Below are positions 22,981 to 32,882 of a stretch of 64,000 bases of DNA, piece after piece. Under the pieces are notes generated by a model. It made no database searches. It was not told where the DNA came from and was given only the letters and a program-made list of their open reading frames with translations. Each line of letters begins with the position of its first letter. Position 1 is the first letter of the stretch. The stretch comes from Thermodesulfobacteriota bacterium. GTDB lineage: Bacteria > Desulfobacterota > Desulfarculia > JACQYL01. The DNA lies in NCBI GenBank assembly GCA_963675595.2, contig CAXXLZ010000002.1:2080001-2144000 (forward strand). The letters are read 5' to 3'. The position numbers were made by a program, and so were the translations under genes.

Positions 22981-23484
22981 TTATCGGCCTCGGTCTTTCG
23001 CCTGCATCAACCACTCTTTGATCTTGGCTTTGGTGGGCGCTCGTCCCACGCACATCACCTTTCCGTCGACGACCAGAGCCGGCGTTCCCATAACCCCGTA
23101 ACGGGCGATCTCACGGATGTCCCGCACGTGATCGACCGACGCCTCGATCCCCAATTCCTGAACCACTTCCATGACGTCGCGTTCGATCCGATCGCATTGC
23201 GCACACCCTTGTCCCAGGACTTCCACCACCGGATGCCCCGACAACGCATCCTCGCAAGATTCCCCGTGGAATTTCAGAAATTCCCGGTAAACGGCGTCTC
23301 GGTATTCCTCCTCGGCCGCCGCCGGGACATAGTTCTTCTCCTTCAGCGCGGCCAACAGGGCCGATTCGATTTCCGATCGTGGGCTTTCCTTCAGGGAGGG
23401 GCCCAGAGACTCCAGAATTTCCGTGAAGCCGGTCAGTCCCACGACGGCGTTTCCAATGCGTACCCGTTTCACCGACAAGGCCAA
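22981..23484 (-). CDS. thioredoxin-like (MTH895-type) protein with N-terminal extension
   Basis: VEVLGQGCAQC, YGVMGTPALVVDG; start reassigned to TTG 23484. Confidence 0.8.
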   Translation of the reverse strand: MALSVKRVRIGNAVVGLTGFTEILESLGPSLKESPRSEIESALLAALKEKNYVPAAAEEEYRDAVYREFLKFHGESCEDALSGHPVVEVLGQGCAQCDRIERDVMEVVQELGIEASVDHVRDIREIARYGVMGTPALVVDGKVMCVGRAPTKAKIKEWLMQAKDRGR

Positions 23485-23656
23485 GTACGATCTCCCTCTG
23501 AAGCTAATAGTTGCGGAGTGCAGCCTAATCTTGTCACAAACTCGTCTTTTTTGTGACAAAGTCCCCTTTTCTTCCCACAATCGGACCTTCGCCGCGTGGC
23601 CGCGTCCCACAGGGCCGCCCGGGGATCGAACTCGCCCGGTCGGCCTCAATCGGTCG

Positions 23657-24052
23657 TCATTTCAGGCCCATTTCCCGCAGCTTCTTCTCGATGAAATACC
23701 GGTCCAGGAAGCCTTCAAACCGGTAACGTTCCTTTCCCGAAGCATCGAAAAAAACCAGCGTGGGAATCGTACGGATACGGTACTCTTTCGCGAGATTCCG
23801 ATGCTTGCCCACGTGCACGAAATCGATGAAGGCCCGGTCCTTGTATTTTTCCTTCAGGTCGCGGATGACGGGTCGGAGCATCTTGCAGGGTATGCAGTTG
23901 TCGGCCCCGAAATCCAGCAGCGTCACCATGCCGGGAACCGGAAGTTCGGGCGGATTTTCTTGGGCACCGGAGCCGGACACCTGCAGGAACAGAACAAAAC
24001 AAACCCACAGAAAGATCGTGACCGGCCGTTTCGGATTCTTATTCCCACGCAT
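23657..24052 (-). CDS. exported thioredoxin family protein
   Basis: Signal peptide; DFGADNCIPCK, IPTLVFFD. Confidence 0.85.
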   Translation of the reverse strand: MRGNKNPKRPVTIFLWVCFVLFLQVSGSGAQENPPELPVPGMVTLLDFGADNCIPCKMLRPVIRDLKEKYKDRAFIDFVHVGKHRNLAKEYRIRTIPTLVFFDASGKERYRFEGFLDRYFIEKKLREMGLK

Positions 24053-24064
24053 GTCGGGTCCTCG

Positions 24065-24784
24065 TCAGGGTTCGAACCCTCCGTCCACAAAAGGCCGTGC
24101 AATGAAGTAGATGCCCATGATCCCGATGACCACCCCGGCCAGTCGCCGAAACCAAATACCGGCGGTGATGAAACGCTCGCTTTCCAGCAGCCGCCCGACC
24201 CCGGCGGTGAAGCTGCCCGCCACGGCAATGGGGATGCAATGGCCGATGCCGAACAGAAGGATCAGGACCAGTCCCGTGACAATCTTCTCCTGGACCGTAA
24301 TGACCGCCAGAATGGGCGCGATGAAACCGAAGGTGCACGTGCCCGACAGGACACCATAGGCCAGCCCCAGCAGGAAGGCGCCTCCCATCCCCCGAAACCG
24401 AAGCGATCCCATCCGGTTGCCGCTCATCAGGGACCCCGTCAAACCAAGCATGTCCAGGGCGATCCACACGAGTAAGGCCCCCAGGAGAAGGGTCCAGTAG
24501 GGGCTCACTTCGCCCAGCATACGGCCCAGCACAGAACAGATCACCCCCACCACGGCAATGGTGATGAAGAGGCCTACGGTGAACACGCCGGCGTAACCGG
24601 CGGCTTTCCTCGCGTCGGGAATTCTTTCCTGCCCGGCCACATAGGTCACGATGAGAGGAATGGAGGCCAGATGGCAGGGGCTGAGCACCACGCTGATGAC
24701 TCCCCACAGAAAGCATCCCAGGGCCGCGGCAAGGGTGCCGCCGGTCATCCACTGGTGCACCGTCAAAAAAAACGATTCAAACAT
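24065..24784 (-). CDS. ccdA: CcdA/DsbD-type transmembrane electron transporter
   Basis: LSPCHLASIP, GTCTFGF; six TMs. Confidence 0.85.
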   Translation of the reverse strand: MFESFFLTVHQWMTGGTLAAALGCFLWGVISVVLSPCHLASIPLIVTYVAGQERIPDARKAAGYAGVFTVGLFITIAVVGVICSVLGRMLGEVSPYWTLLLGALLVWIALDMLGLTGSLMSGNRMGSLRFRGMGGAFLLGLAYGVLSGTCTFGFIAPILAVITVQEKIVTGLVLILLFGIGHCIPIAVAGSFTAGVGRLLESERFITAGIWFRRLAGVVIGIMGIYFIARPFVDGGFEP

Positions 24785-24841
24785 GGGCGGCCCTTTCAAG
24801 GAGACAATTCACCGCCGGCTTTTCGCCGTAGTCCGCCGCGA

Positions 24842-25261
24842 TCACTTCGCATTCTCCGCGGTCGAGGAGTCCGGACGCGGGACGCCCATGTCGTCCAGAC
24901 GCTTGACGATGCTTTCCTTGTCCATGAAACCCACATGACGATAGACTTCATTCCCGTCTTTGTCGAAAAAGACCTGGGTCGGAATCCCACGAATTCTGTA
25001 TTGACGCGCCAAGTCCGAATTGTAGCGAATGTCAACCAGAATGACGGCGGCCCTGCCCTTGTATTCGGCGTGAAGCTCTTTCATGATGGGCTCCATCATT
25101 TTACAGGGAATACAGGTCGCGGCGCCGAAGTCGATCATGTTCACGGTGCCTTTGATGGGCAATTCGTCGAAGCAAAAAGCTTGATCCCATGAAATCAGGA
25201 ATCCGGCCAATATCAGCATGAAGACGAGGCCCAGTTTGCTTCTATTGGATTGAAACACCAC
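24842..25261 (-). CDS. exported thioredoxin family protein
   Basis: DFGAATCIPCK, IPTQVFFD; paralog of 23657; start uncertain. Confidence 0.82.
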   Translation of the reverse strand: MVFQSNRSKLGLVFMLILAGFLISWDQAFCFDELPIKGTVNMIDFGAATCIPCKMMEPIMKELHAEYKGRAAVILVDIRYNSDLARQYRIRGIPTQVFFDKDGNEVYRHVGFMDKESIVKRLDDMGVPRPDSSTAENAK

Positions 25262-25457
25262 TTCCCCTTCCTTTCTTTTTCGATTCGTCATGTAGGGTTC
25301 GTTACGTTCATCTTGAGCCGGCAACCGGCCTTTTTCAACGGGCCGCGAAGTTTTCACGATCGACTTGTTGTCCTTCAAGCCCACGTGCGGCGGACTTCTT
25401 CCGCGGAATGATGAGAAAACCGGACTCCCTGCCTTCCGCGGCGAAGGTCCTTTTCCC

Positions 25458-26663
25458 TCATGCAGGGGCTTTCCCGCGAAACCAGTGGGGAGTCGCCAGG
25501 CAGATTTTCACCAGCATGAGCATGACCGGCACCTCGATGAGCACCCCCACCACCGTGGCCAAGGCCGCGCCGGAAGAAAGCCCGAAAAGCATCACCGCCG
25601 TGGCGATGGCCACCTCGAAATGATTCGACGCTCCAATCATGGCCGAGGGGGCCGCGTCTTCATAGGTCAGCCCCAACCATTTGGCCAAGCCGTAAGCCAG
25701 CCAGAAGATCAGATTGGTCTGAATGAACAGAGGAACGGCGATCCACAGAATGGTTAAAGGATTGGCGGTAATCACGTCGCCCTTGAAGGAGAAGAGCAAC
25801 ACAAGGGTGATGAGCAGGGCCGTGATGGTGACGGGGGTGAGGATGTGAAGGAACTTCTCCTTGAACCAGGTTTCTCCTTTGGCCGCGATGATCCACTTAC
25901 GCGATAGGTAACCCGCGGCCAAAGGCAACGCGACGTAGGCGCCGATGGACAACAGCAGCGCTTCCCAGGGTACCGGAAGACGACCCACCCCCAGAAGAAA
26001 GCCGCCCAACAGACCGTAGAGAAAAAGCATGGTCAAGGAGTTGATGGCTACCATGACCAGTGTGTGACCGTCGTTCCCACGAGCAAGGAACCCCCATACC
26101 AGGACCATGGCCGTACAGGGGGCGATACCCAGCAGGATGCAACCGGCCAGGTAACTCCGCCATAGAGGGACTTGCAGCATCTTCATGCCGTCCACCATTA
26201 CAACCGTCCCCGAGCCGTGCTCAGCTCCCACCGGAAGGTCGAGCCCGAACGGCATTTTCACGTAATCCACCGCTTCGGGGCCGATGAAAGAGTAAAACAG
26301 CGTTCCAAGAAAAAACAACCCAATGGCGTACATGGTGAAGGGTTTGATGAGCCAGTTCACCACCAGGGTCAGTCCCACCGGCTTCACGCTTTTCCCCGCC
26401 CGGATCACTTCCGAGAAATCGATCTTGACCATGATGGGGTACATCATGAAGAACAAGCAGACGGCGATGGGGATGGATACCACGGGAGCCTCCCCCACAC
26501 GAACGGTCAGGCCGTCCAGAAAGCGGGCCACGCCGGGAGCCGATCGGCCGAGCAGGATGCCCCCGAGGATGCACAAAGCCACCCACACGTAAAGGTACCG
26601 TTCGAAAAACGAAAGACCCTTTCCTTTGAGGGATTCGGTGTTACGCCCCGTTTCTCCCGCCAT
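25458..26663 (-). CDS. acr3: Acr3-family arsenite efflux transporter
   Basis: [46 protein letters not shown]. Confidence 0.95.
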   Translation of the reverse strand: MAGETGRNTESLKGKGLSFFERYLYVWVALCILGGILLGRSAPGVARFLDGLTVRVGEAPVVSIPIAVCLFFMMYPIMVKIDFSEVIRAGKSVKPVGLTLVVNWLIKPFTMYAIGLFFLGTLFYSFIGPEAVDYVKMPFGLDLPVGAEHGSGTVVMVDGMKMLQVPLWRSYLAGCILLGIAPCTAMVLVWGFLARGNDGHTLVMVAINSLTMLFLYGLLGGFLLGVGRLPVPWEALLLSIGAYVALPLAAGYLSRKWIIAAKGETWFKEKFLHILTPVTITALLITLVLLFSFKGDVITANPLTILWIAVPLFIQTNLIFWLAYGLAKWLGLTYEDAAPSAMIGASNHFEVAIATAVMLFGLSSGAALATVVGVLIEVPVMLMLVKICLATPHWFRGKAPA

Positions 26664-26786
26664 TTCCCTTCCTCCCGGCGTAACAGGCTTTTTTAAACGG
26701 GCTGGTAAGACCATGTGAGGGGTTCCGCTCAGGCCCTACATGGCCGCCATACGAAATGGTTCCCTAAGAGGCCTGCAATCCCGCCG

Positions 26787-27311
26787 TCAATCGTCGAATT
26801 GAAACTTCGCCAAATAAGCCTCCAACCGATTCCGTCGATCGCCGTCAATTGGAGGACAATCCTGAGCCCCCTTGACGCCCTCGGCGGCACGCACGGCAAA
26901 CACCATGCAGGTAGGCTGACCGCATTCCCCGCAGTTGGTGCCCGGCAGCAGCTTTAGGATATCCAACACCTTGGGCCTGCCGGCCGCCGTAGTGCTGGGT
27001 TCAATTTCAGCGCGCTGATCCCAGGTTTCGTTGATTTCTCTGCGAAGCCACTCCAGGATTCGATCGGCTTCCTCTTCGTCCTTCAACGCGTTGATGGCGA
27101 TTTCCCGGGCGTGAACCGTAATCAATCTGCCTTGGACGCGGAAAGTGACCGACGGAGGACTCTGGGTATACTGGAATCCTCCCAGCCTGGAGTTCAGATA
27201 GGGGAGAACTTCGGCCACGTCCTCCTCCAGATGGGCCACGCAATGTACGGATTGGAAACTCGGATTGCATTTGGGCCGGAAGATGTCCTTCCGGTAGGAC
27301 TTGAGCAGCAT
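26787..27311 (-). CDS. putative Fe-S cluster-binding protein (ars-operon associated)
   Basis: LPGTNCGECGQPTCMVFA...CP C-terminal motif; SD GGAGG region. Confidence 0.8.
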   Translation of the reverse strand: MLLKSYRKDIFRPKCNPSFQSVHCVAHLEEDVAEVLPYLNSRLGGFQYTQSPPSVTFRVQGRLITVHAREIAINALKDEEEADRILEWLRREINETWDQRAEIEPSTTAAGRPKVLDILKLLPGTNCGECGQPTCMVFAVRAAEGVKGAQDCPPIDGDRRNRLEAYLAKFQFDD

Positions 27312-27444
27312 ATCTTTCCTCCTTTCCCTCCCCCGACGAACGGGACGCGCGACTCGGCGGCACTCCGGCGTCCGCCTGAGGCGGATTTCCGGAAACGTAC
27401 CCGAGATAAGGAATCCGTACAGATAAGGATGAGTGCCCGGAGGC

Positions 27445-27867
27445 TCAGGCGCAGCAGGAGGAAGCACCCCCGGAAGGGTCGGTTCCCGCCGGCGAGGTCG
27501 AAGCCGTCTCTCGGGCCGCGTTTTTCACTCGCTCGATTTCTTCCTCGACCAAGTCGAAATTCTTGTTCTTCTCGATTCCCAGATCCGTGATCACCAGATA
27601 ACCCCGCAAAGGCACGCCCGCTTTCTCAAAAATGGCCTTGGCACACCCCACGGAACAACCGTCGATGACCACCAGCCCGGAAACGTCTTTCGCGGATTGA
27701 ACGAAACCGCTGAGTTCCCCGCCGATACCGGCAAGACAAAACATGCGACCAAAGCCCTCCCGCGTCAATTCCACGGCCGCCCGGTTGGACAACTGACCTA
27801 CGTTGGAGCCTCCCGAACACGACAGAATCATGGTGCTCGAGCCTTGGGCGCAGCATTCCGAACTCAT
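27445..27867 (-). CDS. DGC-domain putative zinc-binding protein
   Basis: CSGGSNVGQ, CLAGIG, IDGCSVGC; terminal CC pairs. Confidence 0.85.
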   Translation of the reverse strand: MSSECCAQGSSTMILSCSGGSNVGQLSNRAAVELTREGFGRMFCLAGIGGELSGFVQSAKDVSGLVVIDGCSVGCAKAIFEKAGVPLRGYLVITDLGIEKNKNFDLVEEEIERVKNAARETASTSPAGTDPSGGASSCCA

Positions 27868-27892
27868 GGCATTTCCTCCTTTGGACGTTTGC

Positions 27893-28132
27893 TCAATTCG
27901 CCTCTGAGATCCAGGTCTTCACCTGGTCTATGGTGGGAACTTTGCCCGAAATCTTCACCTTACCGTCCACAACCACACCGGGGGTGGCGAAGATGCCGAA
28001 CTTGGCGATGTCCAACGGGTTTCCAACCTTTTCTATATGAGCATCCACTCCCGTCTCCGCTACGGCCTCGGCCACCACCTTCTCCGTCTGCTTACATTTG
28101 GCGCATCCGGGTCCCAACACTTTGATATCCAT
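27893..28132 (-). CDS. MTH895-family small redox-active disulfide protein
   Basis: IKVLGPGCAKC, TPGVVVDG. Confidence 0.9.
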   Translation of the reverse strand: MDIKVLGPGCAKCKQTEKVVAEAVAETGVDAHIEKVGNPLDIAKFGIFATPGVVVDGKVKISGKVPTIDQVKTWISEAN

Positions 28133-28194
28133 CTGAACCTCTCCTTAAGTTTATCATTTATCGGCTTCGTTGTTTCTTTTCACGATGAATCCGA

Positions 28195-29370
28195 TCACGC
28201 TCCCACCAGCGCACCGTAGACAATCCCGGCGATGGTCGACAAAATCACGATGATTCCACAGAACACGACCGTCTTTTTCGCCCCCATGACTCCCGCGATG
28301 ACCAGCATGTTGGGTAGAGAAAGCGCCGGCCCCGCCAGCAAGAGCGCCAGCGCCGGCCCCTTCCCCATGCCGGCTCCCAGCAATCCCTGAAGGATGGGAA
28401 CCTCCGTCAAGGTGGCGAAGTACATGAAGGCTCCGGCCACGGCCGCGAACAGGTTCGCCCAGATTGAATTTCCTCCCACCAAGGTCTGTACGTAGGCTTC
28501 CGGAATCAGGGCCGGGTGCCCCGGACGCCCCAACAGAAATCCGGCCACCAGGACCCCCGCTCCCAGCAAAGGGAAGATCTGTTTCATGAATCCCCAGGAG
28601 GAGTCCACCCAATCGATCCGTTCCTCTTTGGAGAACCATTTCATCAGCATCAGAAACATCACCCCCAGAAACACGGCGGTCAGCACCCATTTGACCCTGA
28701 AGATCGCGGCCCACAGACCGCCCTCACCGGGGGCAGGCTGTGCAAAAGCGGCAAACACCAGGATCAACACGAGAGACAATACGAAGAGGGCGTCCTGCGT
28801 GAGCGTTCGCCCTTTCTCTTCCTCGTCGGGAAGGACAATGTCGCCTGCGAGGCGCGCGGCATCGTCTTTCCTGAAAATGAGAGCCATGAGCAATCCCGTG
28901 ACCACGGCGAAGATCACCGCGCCTATGGCTCGGGCGAGGCCCAATTGCCATCCCAGGACCCGGGCCGTAAGCACAATGGCCAGCACGTTGATGGCCGGTC
29001 CCGAGTAGAGGAAGGCCGTTGCCGGTCCGATGCCCGCGCCTCGGGTGAAGATGCCGGCGAACAAGGGGAGAACGGTGCAGGAGCAAACGGCCAGAATGGT
29101 TCCGGAAACCGACGCCACCGAATAGGACACGAACTTGTTGGCCTGAGCCCCGAAGTATTTGAGCACCGACGCCTGGGACACGAAAACCGCAATGGCCCCG
29201 GCGATGAAGAAAGCGGGAATCAGGCAGGTGAGCACGTGCCGGCGGGCGTAGTCCTGGAGCATGAGAAAGGCTTCCAGTCCCGATTGCCTGATTACGGGGG
29301 AACTCCAGGGCACGAAGTACGCGGCGGCGAACACGGAAACAATGAGCAACAGCTTGGACTTTTCGGACAT
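28195..29370 (-). CDS. ArsP/DUF318-family permease
   Basis: AVCSCTVLP, FLYSGPAINV, MYFATLTEVP, GPALSLP. Confidence 0.88.
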   Translation of the reverse strand: MSEKSKLLLIVSVFAAAYFVPWSSPVIRQSGLEAFLMLQDYARRHVLTCLIPAFFIAGAIAVFVSQASVLKYFGAQANKFVSYSVASVSGTILAVCSCTVLPLFAGIFTRGAGIGPATAFLYSGPAINVLAIVLTARVLGWQLGLARAIGAVIFAVVTGLLMALIFRKDDAARLAGDIVLPDEEEKGRTLTQDALFVLSLVLILVFAAFAQPAPGEGGLWAAIFRVKWVLTAVFLGVMFLMLMKWFSKEERIDWVDSSWGFMKQIFPLLGAGVLVAGFLLGRPGHPALIPEAYVQTLVGGNSIWANLFAAVAGAFMYFATLTEVPILQGLLGAGMGKGPALALLLAGPALSLPNMLVIAGVMGAKKTVVFCGIIVILSTIAGIVYGALVGA

Positions 29371-29385
29371 GGGCTTATCTTCCTA

Positions 29386-29403
29386 TATACCAATATTGGA
29401 ATA
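29386..29403. promoter_or_regulatory. putative ArsR operator (second copy)
   Basis: Imperfect palindrome TATACCAAT-ATTGGAATA, similar to 29758-29775. Confidence 0.55.
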
Positions 29404-29418
29404 TTATGGCCAAAACTT

Positions 29419-29748
29419 TCATCCCAACACTTTGAACGCCCGGCTTCGCTGCTGAATCACTTCCAAGGCGCAATTAAAAAAATTCAACACGCAAGGAGTC
29501 TCCAAATGATAGAAGATTTTGGCGCCGTCTTTGCGGTCGTCGACGATCCCGGCGTTCTTGAGCACGGATAAATGTTTGGACACCGTGGGTTGGCCGACGC
29601 CCAGCCTCTCGGCCAGCTCCCCCACGCACAAATCCTTTTCTCGCAGCGCATCCACGAGCATCAGCCGGGTTTCGTGTGCCAAAGCTTTGGCCACCTGTGC
29701 CCTCAATCGAAAAAGCGCCAATGATTCCGCATTGATTTCGTTTCCCAT
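29419..29748 (-). CDS. arsR: ArsR/SmtB family repressor
   Basis: KALAHETRL, LCVGEL, QPTVSKHLSVLK wHTH; PCVLNFFNC. Confidence 0.92.
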   Translation of the reverse strand: MGNEINAESLALFRLRAQVAKALAHETRLMLVDALREKDLCVGELAERLGVGQPTVSKHLSVLKNAGIVDDRKDGAKIFYHLETPCVLNFFNCALEVIQQRSRAFKVLG

Positions 29749-29755
29749 GTTTTTT

Positions 29756-29784
29756 ATTATTCACATATGGGAATATAATGTCAA
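29756..29784 (-). promoter_or_regulatory. sigma70 promoter with overlapping ArsR operator
   Basis: TTGACA (29784-29779), 17 bp, AATAAT; palindrome TATTCACAT-ATGGGAATA at 29758-29775. Confidence 0.7.
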
Positions 29785-30012
29785 GAGCAAAACAGCGCCC
29801 ACGGGAGGCTTCCTTCCCCTGGAAATTTCAGAGCTCGTGCCGTCCGCGCTTCTGCAACTCAATGCCGACCCACCTCGTATCAGCGGGCGGAAGCCTGAAA
29901 ACAGACTCCCGCCGAAGACTCTTCCGCTGCTGCTCCTGAAACGCTCAGGCCGGCCTTTTCCGAAAGCCCCTCCAAATGAGGCCGAGCACGACGAGACCGT
30001 GGTGTCGCACCG

Positions 30013-30327
30013 TCAGTTAAAAATTTTGCCCAACAGCCCCTTCTTCCTAGTTTCAGGAACGGGCATGCCCAATTCCCTGCAAATCGCAGTCTCAAGGACA
30101 TTCTCCTCCACGTCCGATCCTTCCACCACGATCTTGTCTCCTACCATGACGGCCGGAGCCACCGGCAAATCCAGTTCAAAATATTCGTCGGTGTTGTACG
30201 CCGCTTTGGGCTTGGATATGGTTTCGATTTCGATTTGGTATTTTCCGCCCAACCTGGGCATCATTTCTTTGAAATGCCTTCAGGGCCTTCCGTTGGGTTC
30301 GTTGAGAAAAAACCTGACCTTTAACAT
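30013..30327 (-). CDS. tsoC: NEPxGxxU-motif selenoprotein (TsoC-like, thioredoxin-like fold), Sec at codon 16
   Basis: SD AGGAG, ATG 30327, MLKVRFFLNEPNGRP-TGA(30280-82)-RHFKEMMPRL in frame with track ORF 30013..30264; hairpin GCCCA-GGT-TGGGC at 30247-30259; family name recalled. Confidence 0.88.
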
Positions 30328-30441
30328 GTTGGCTCTCCTTACCTGATGAACTGCTTAGGCTCCGGTCTTCTGGCAGCCGAATTCCGCGGAGCGGGATCGG
30401 GCCGGAGCCGGTTTTCCCATAGCCTGAATGCCCCCACCAAG

Positions 30442-30948
30442 TTAGAATTTCTGGGTCTTGATGCTGTGGTAGACCGCCTTGCACATGCTGGAAGATCCGC
30501 CCGCAACACCTTCGCGATTCTTGAACCCTTCCGTTTGCTTCAGACTCTCCAGATACGTCTCCGGGTCATCCAGCTCTACCCACGCCTGTTCCACAGGCAC
30601 CTCCGGTCTAATACGGAAAAGCAGGCCGTCCCCGTACGGGTCTTTCACGACCACCCCAGGGTCCTCGGACACGGCCCTGTTGAATCGGATGGTCCCCGCC
30701 ACGGGAGCTTCCAGGTATTTCAGTTTCGTGGTAATGGCCACCCCTATCGCCCGGCCTTTCTCCACCGACTCACCCTCGTTCACCAACTCGCTCAAGTCGA
30801 CAAAGGCGCCTACCAGTACGAGGGTGGGTTCTGCCAGGCCGAAAACCAGCTCCGCGCCTTCCCGGCGTCCCCACAGGCCCTGCTTGGCGTCGTATTTCAA
30901 GTCTTCCGGGATTTCCACCGTTCTCCCTAAAAACTTATCGATGATCAT
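30442..30948 (-). CDS. glycine cleavage H-like (lipoyl-domain) protein
   Basis: IPEDLKY...W...FG, EAPVAGTI..N, DPYGDG.LF GcvH pattern; divergent lipoyl loop ITTK; C-terminal extension with Cys. Confidence 0.75.
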   Translation of the reverse strand: MIIDKFLGRTVEIPEDLKYDAKQGLWGRREGAELVFGLAEPTLVLVGAFVDLSELVNEGESVEKGRAIGVAITTKLKYLEAPVAGTIRFNRAVSEDPGVVVKDPYGDGLLFRIRPEVPVEQAWVELDDPETYLESLKQTEGFKNREGVAGGSSSMCKAVYHSIKTQKF

Positions 30949-30970
30949 GACGATTCCCCGCCGTCTCCTT

Positions 30971-32755
30971 TCATTCCGGTTTGTGCGTGCCCCCCGCTCT
31001 CCTTGCCGCTCTTGGCTCGGGAGCCGAAACAACCGCATCCATCAACTCCAGGAACCTCGAAGGCGGCACGAAGTCCACCAACCTGAGGTCCCTCCTTTCC
31101 TTTCCATGCCCGTCCAGGAAGACCACCGTGGGAACACCCTTGATTCCGTATTCCCTCAACAGCCGTTCGTTCAGTGGATTTCCACTCTTGGTCACGTCGA
31201 TCTTGACCATGACGACTTCCTCATCTCCCCGCTTCACGATCCGAGGATCATGGAACACTTCCTCATCGAGAGCTCGGCAGGGAGAACACCAATCCGCGTA
31301 GAAGTCCATGATGACGGGCTTGTCGGCTTCCACCGCTTGGCGAAGCAGATCGTCCGAGTAGGCGTGCCAAGAAACGCCGGGACCTCTGACGGCCCATTCC
31401 CCCACCAGAAGGCAGGACACCAGCACACCCAGGATGAGGACTCCTCGTTTCATCCAAACGAAAGCCGAAAAGGCGGCCCTGGTCTTGTCCAACAAGCCCA
31501 GGTGAACGCCGGCCGCCAAAGCGACGCCGGCTGAGAGAAAGACGAAAGTCGTTTCCGACAGAAGCGGCTGAAGGAAGTAGGCCGCCATGCCCACCAGAAT
31601 CCAGCCCATGAGCTTGCGCACCCACACCATCCATTCCCCGGACCGGGGCAGGCGCTCGATCTTTCCTGAGAACAACGCCAGAAGGAACAGCGGAAGGCCG
31701 AGACCGAGGCTTAGGGTGAAAAACACCAGGAATCCCATCCAGGCCGATCCGGTGCTCGCCACCCAGGTGAGCAGTCCCAGAACAAAGGGACCAATGCATG
31801 GGGCGGCCACCACCCCCAGGGTGATCCCCATGAACAGGGATCCGAACCACCCCGCATGCGGTTTGGAGGCGGCTTGCGTCAAGAATCCGGGCAAGCGAAG
31901 CTCCCAGAATCCGAACATGCTGCTCGCGAAAACCAGCAACACCACGGCCACCGTGACAAGCACCGCCGGATTCTGCAGCAATGCTCCTAAAAGACCGCCG
32001 GTAAGGGCGGCGGTGACCCCCAACGCCGAATTGGTGAGGGCGAGCCCGGCCACGTACAAAACGCCGTGCACCACGATCCTTCCTCTCCCGGTCCCCGACC
32101 GGCCGCCGAAGTAGGCGGCCGTAATGGGAATCAACGGGTACACGCAGGGAGTCAGGTTCAGGGCCACGCCACCCAGAAAGATGCCCAGTAGTGTCCACAG
32201 GGCGGCCAACCCGGTGAAGGAACCGGGGGACAATGGCTGCCCGGCGCCTACCGAAGCCTGCGGCTTCGAACTCGCCGTGGGACGCCCCAGTCCTTGCCAC
32301 TCGGGGAATCCCTGAGGATAGCGATATACGTTGCGGTAGCCCAATTGGACGGCCACCCGGGCCGCCGAGTCGCTGCGGACTCAGGTGAGCCCCGCTCAGT
32401 AGAACACAAGGGTCCGATCCCGATCTCCTCCCAAGTAGGCTTTCAGTTCCTCTTTCTTCGTGAAACGGGCCCACCAGGTGGGTTCCATGGGGAAGTTGCC
32501 CGCACCTTGGATATGTCCGGTTCGGTATTCCCATTCCTGACGCGTATCCACCAGAAGGAGTCCCTGACGGTCCTTGCGGTAGCGTTCCCAGAGTTCATCA
32601 GCGTTCATCAGCCGGTAGCCGCCGGCTCGGGCTTCGGCTTCAACGTCCTCCCAAGTTGCCTGTTGTGGAGCCACGGGCCTGCTCGTGTACCACGCGATAC
32701 CGGCGGCGGCCGACATGCAAAGAAGTACTATTATGATCTTATTTATCTTTTTCAT
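30971..32755 (-). CDS. tsoB: rhodanese-DsbD-thioredoxin fusion selenoprotein (TsoB-like), Sec at codons 120 and 125
   Basis: Rhodanese (DTRQEWEYRTGHIQGA) ends TLVFY-TGA-AGLT-TGA-VRSDSAARVAVQLGYRNVYRY, in frame with the DsbD part (LTPCVYP, APCIGP, WCSPC); hairpin at 32349-32365. Confidence 0.88.
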
Positions 32756-32882
32756 GAAGGCATCTCCACTTCGCACCGGTTCCCCGCACCTCCCTTTACT
32801 CCGATGCGGAGGATCCCGGGCCGCCTCTAATTCGCCGTCTCGATAGTCGTTCGTGTCGCCCGACCGGACGTTGTCAGCGGCT

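Noticed and set aside
27445-27447. Possible Sec readthrough after SSCCA in the DGC protein
   Set aside because: No G-loop hairpin at SECIS distance and the protein is already complete.
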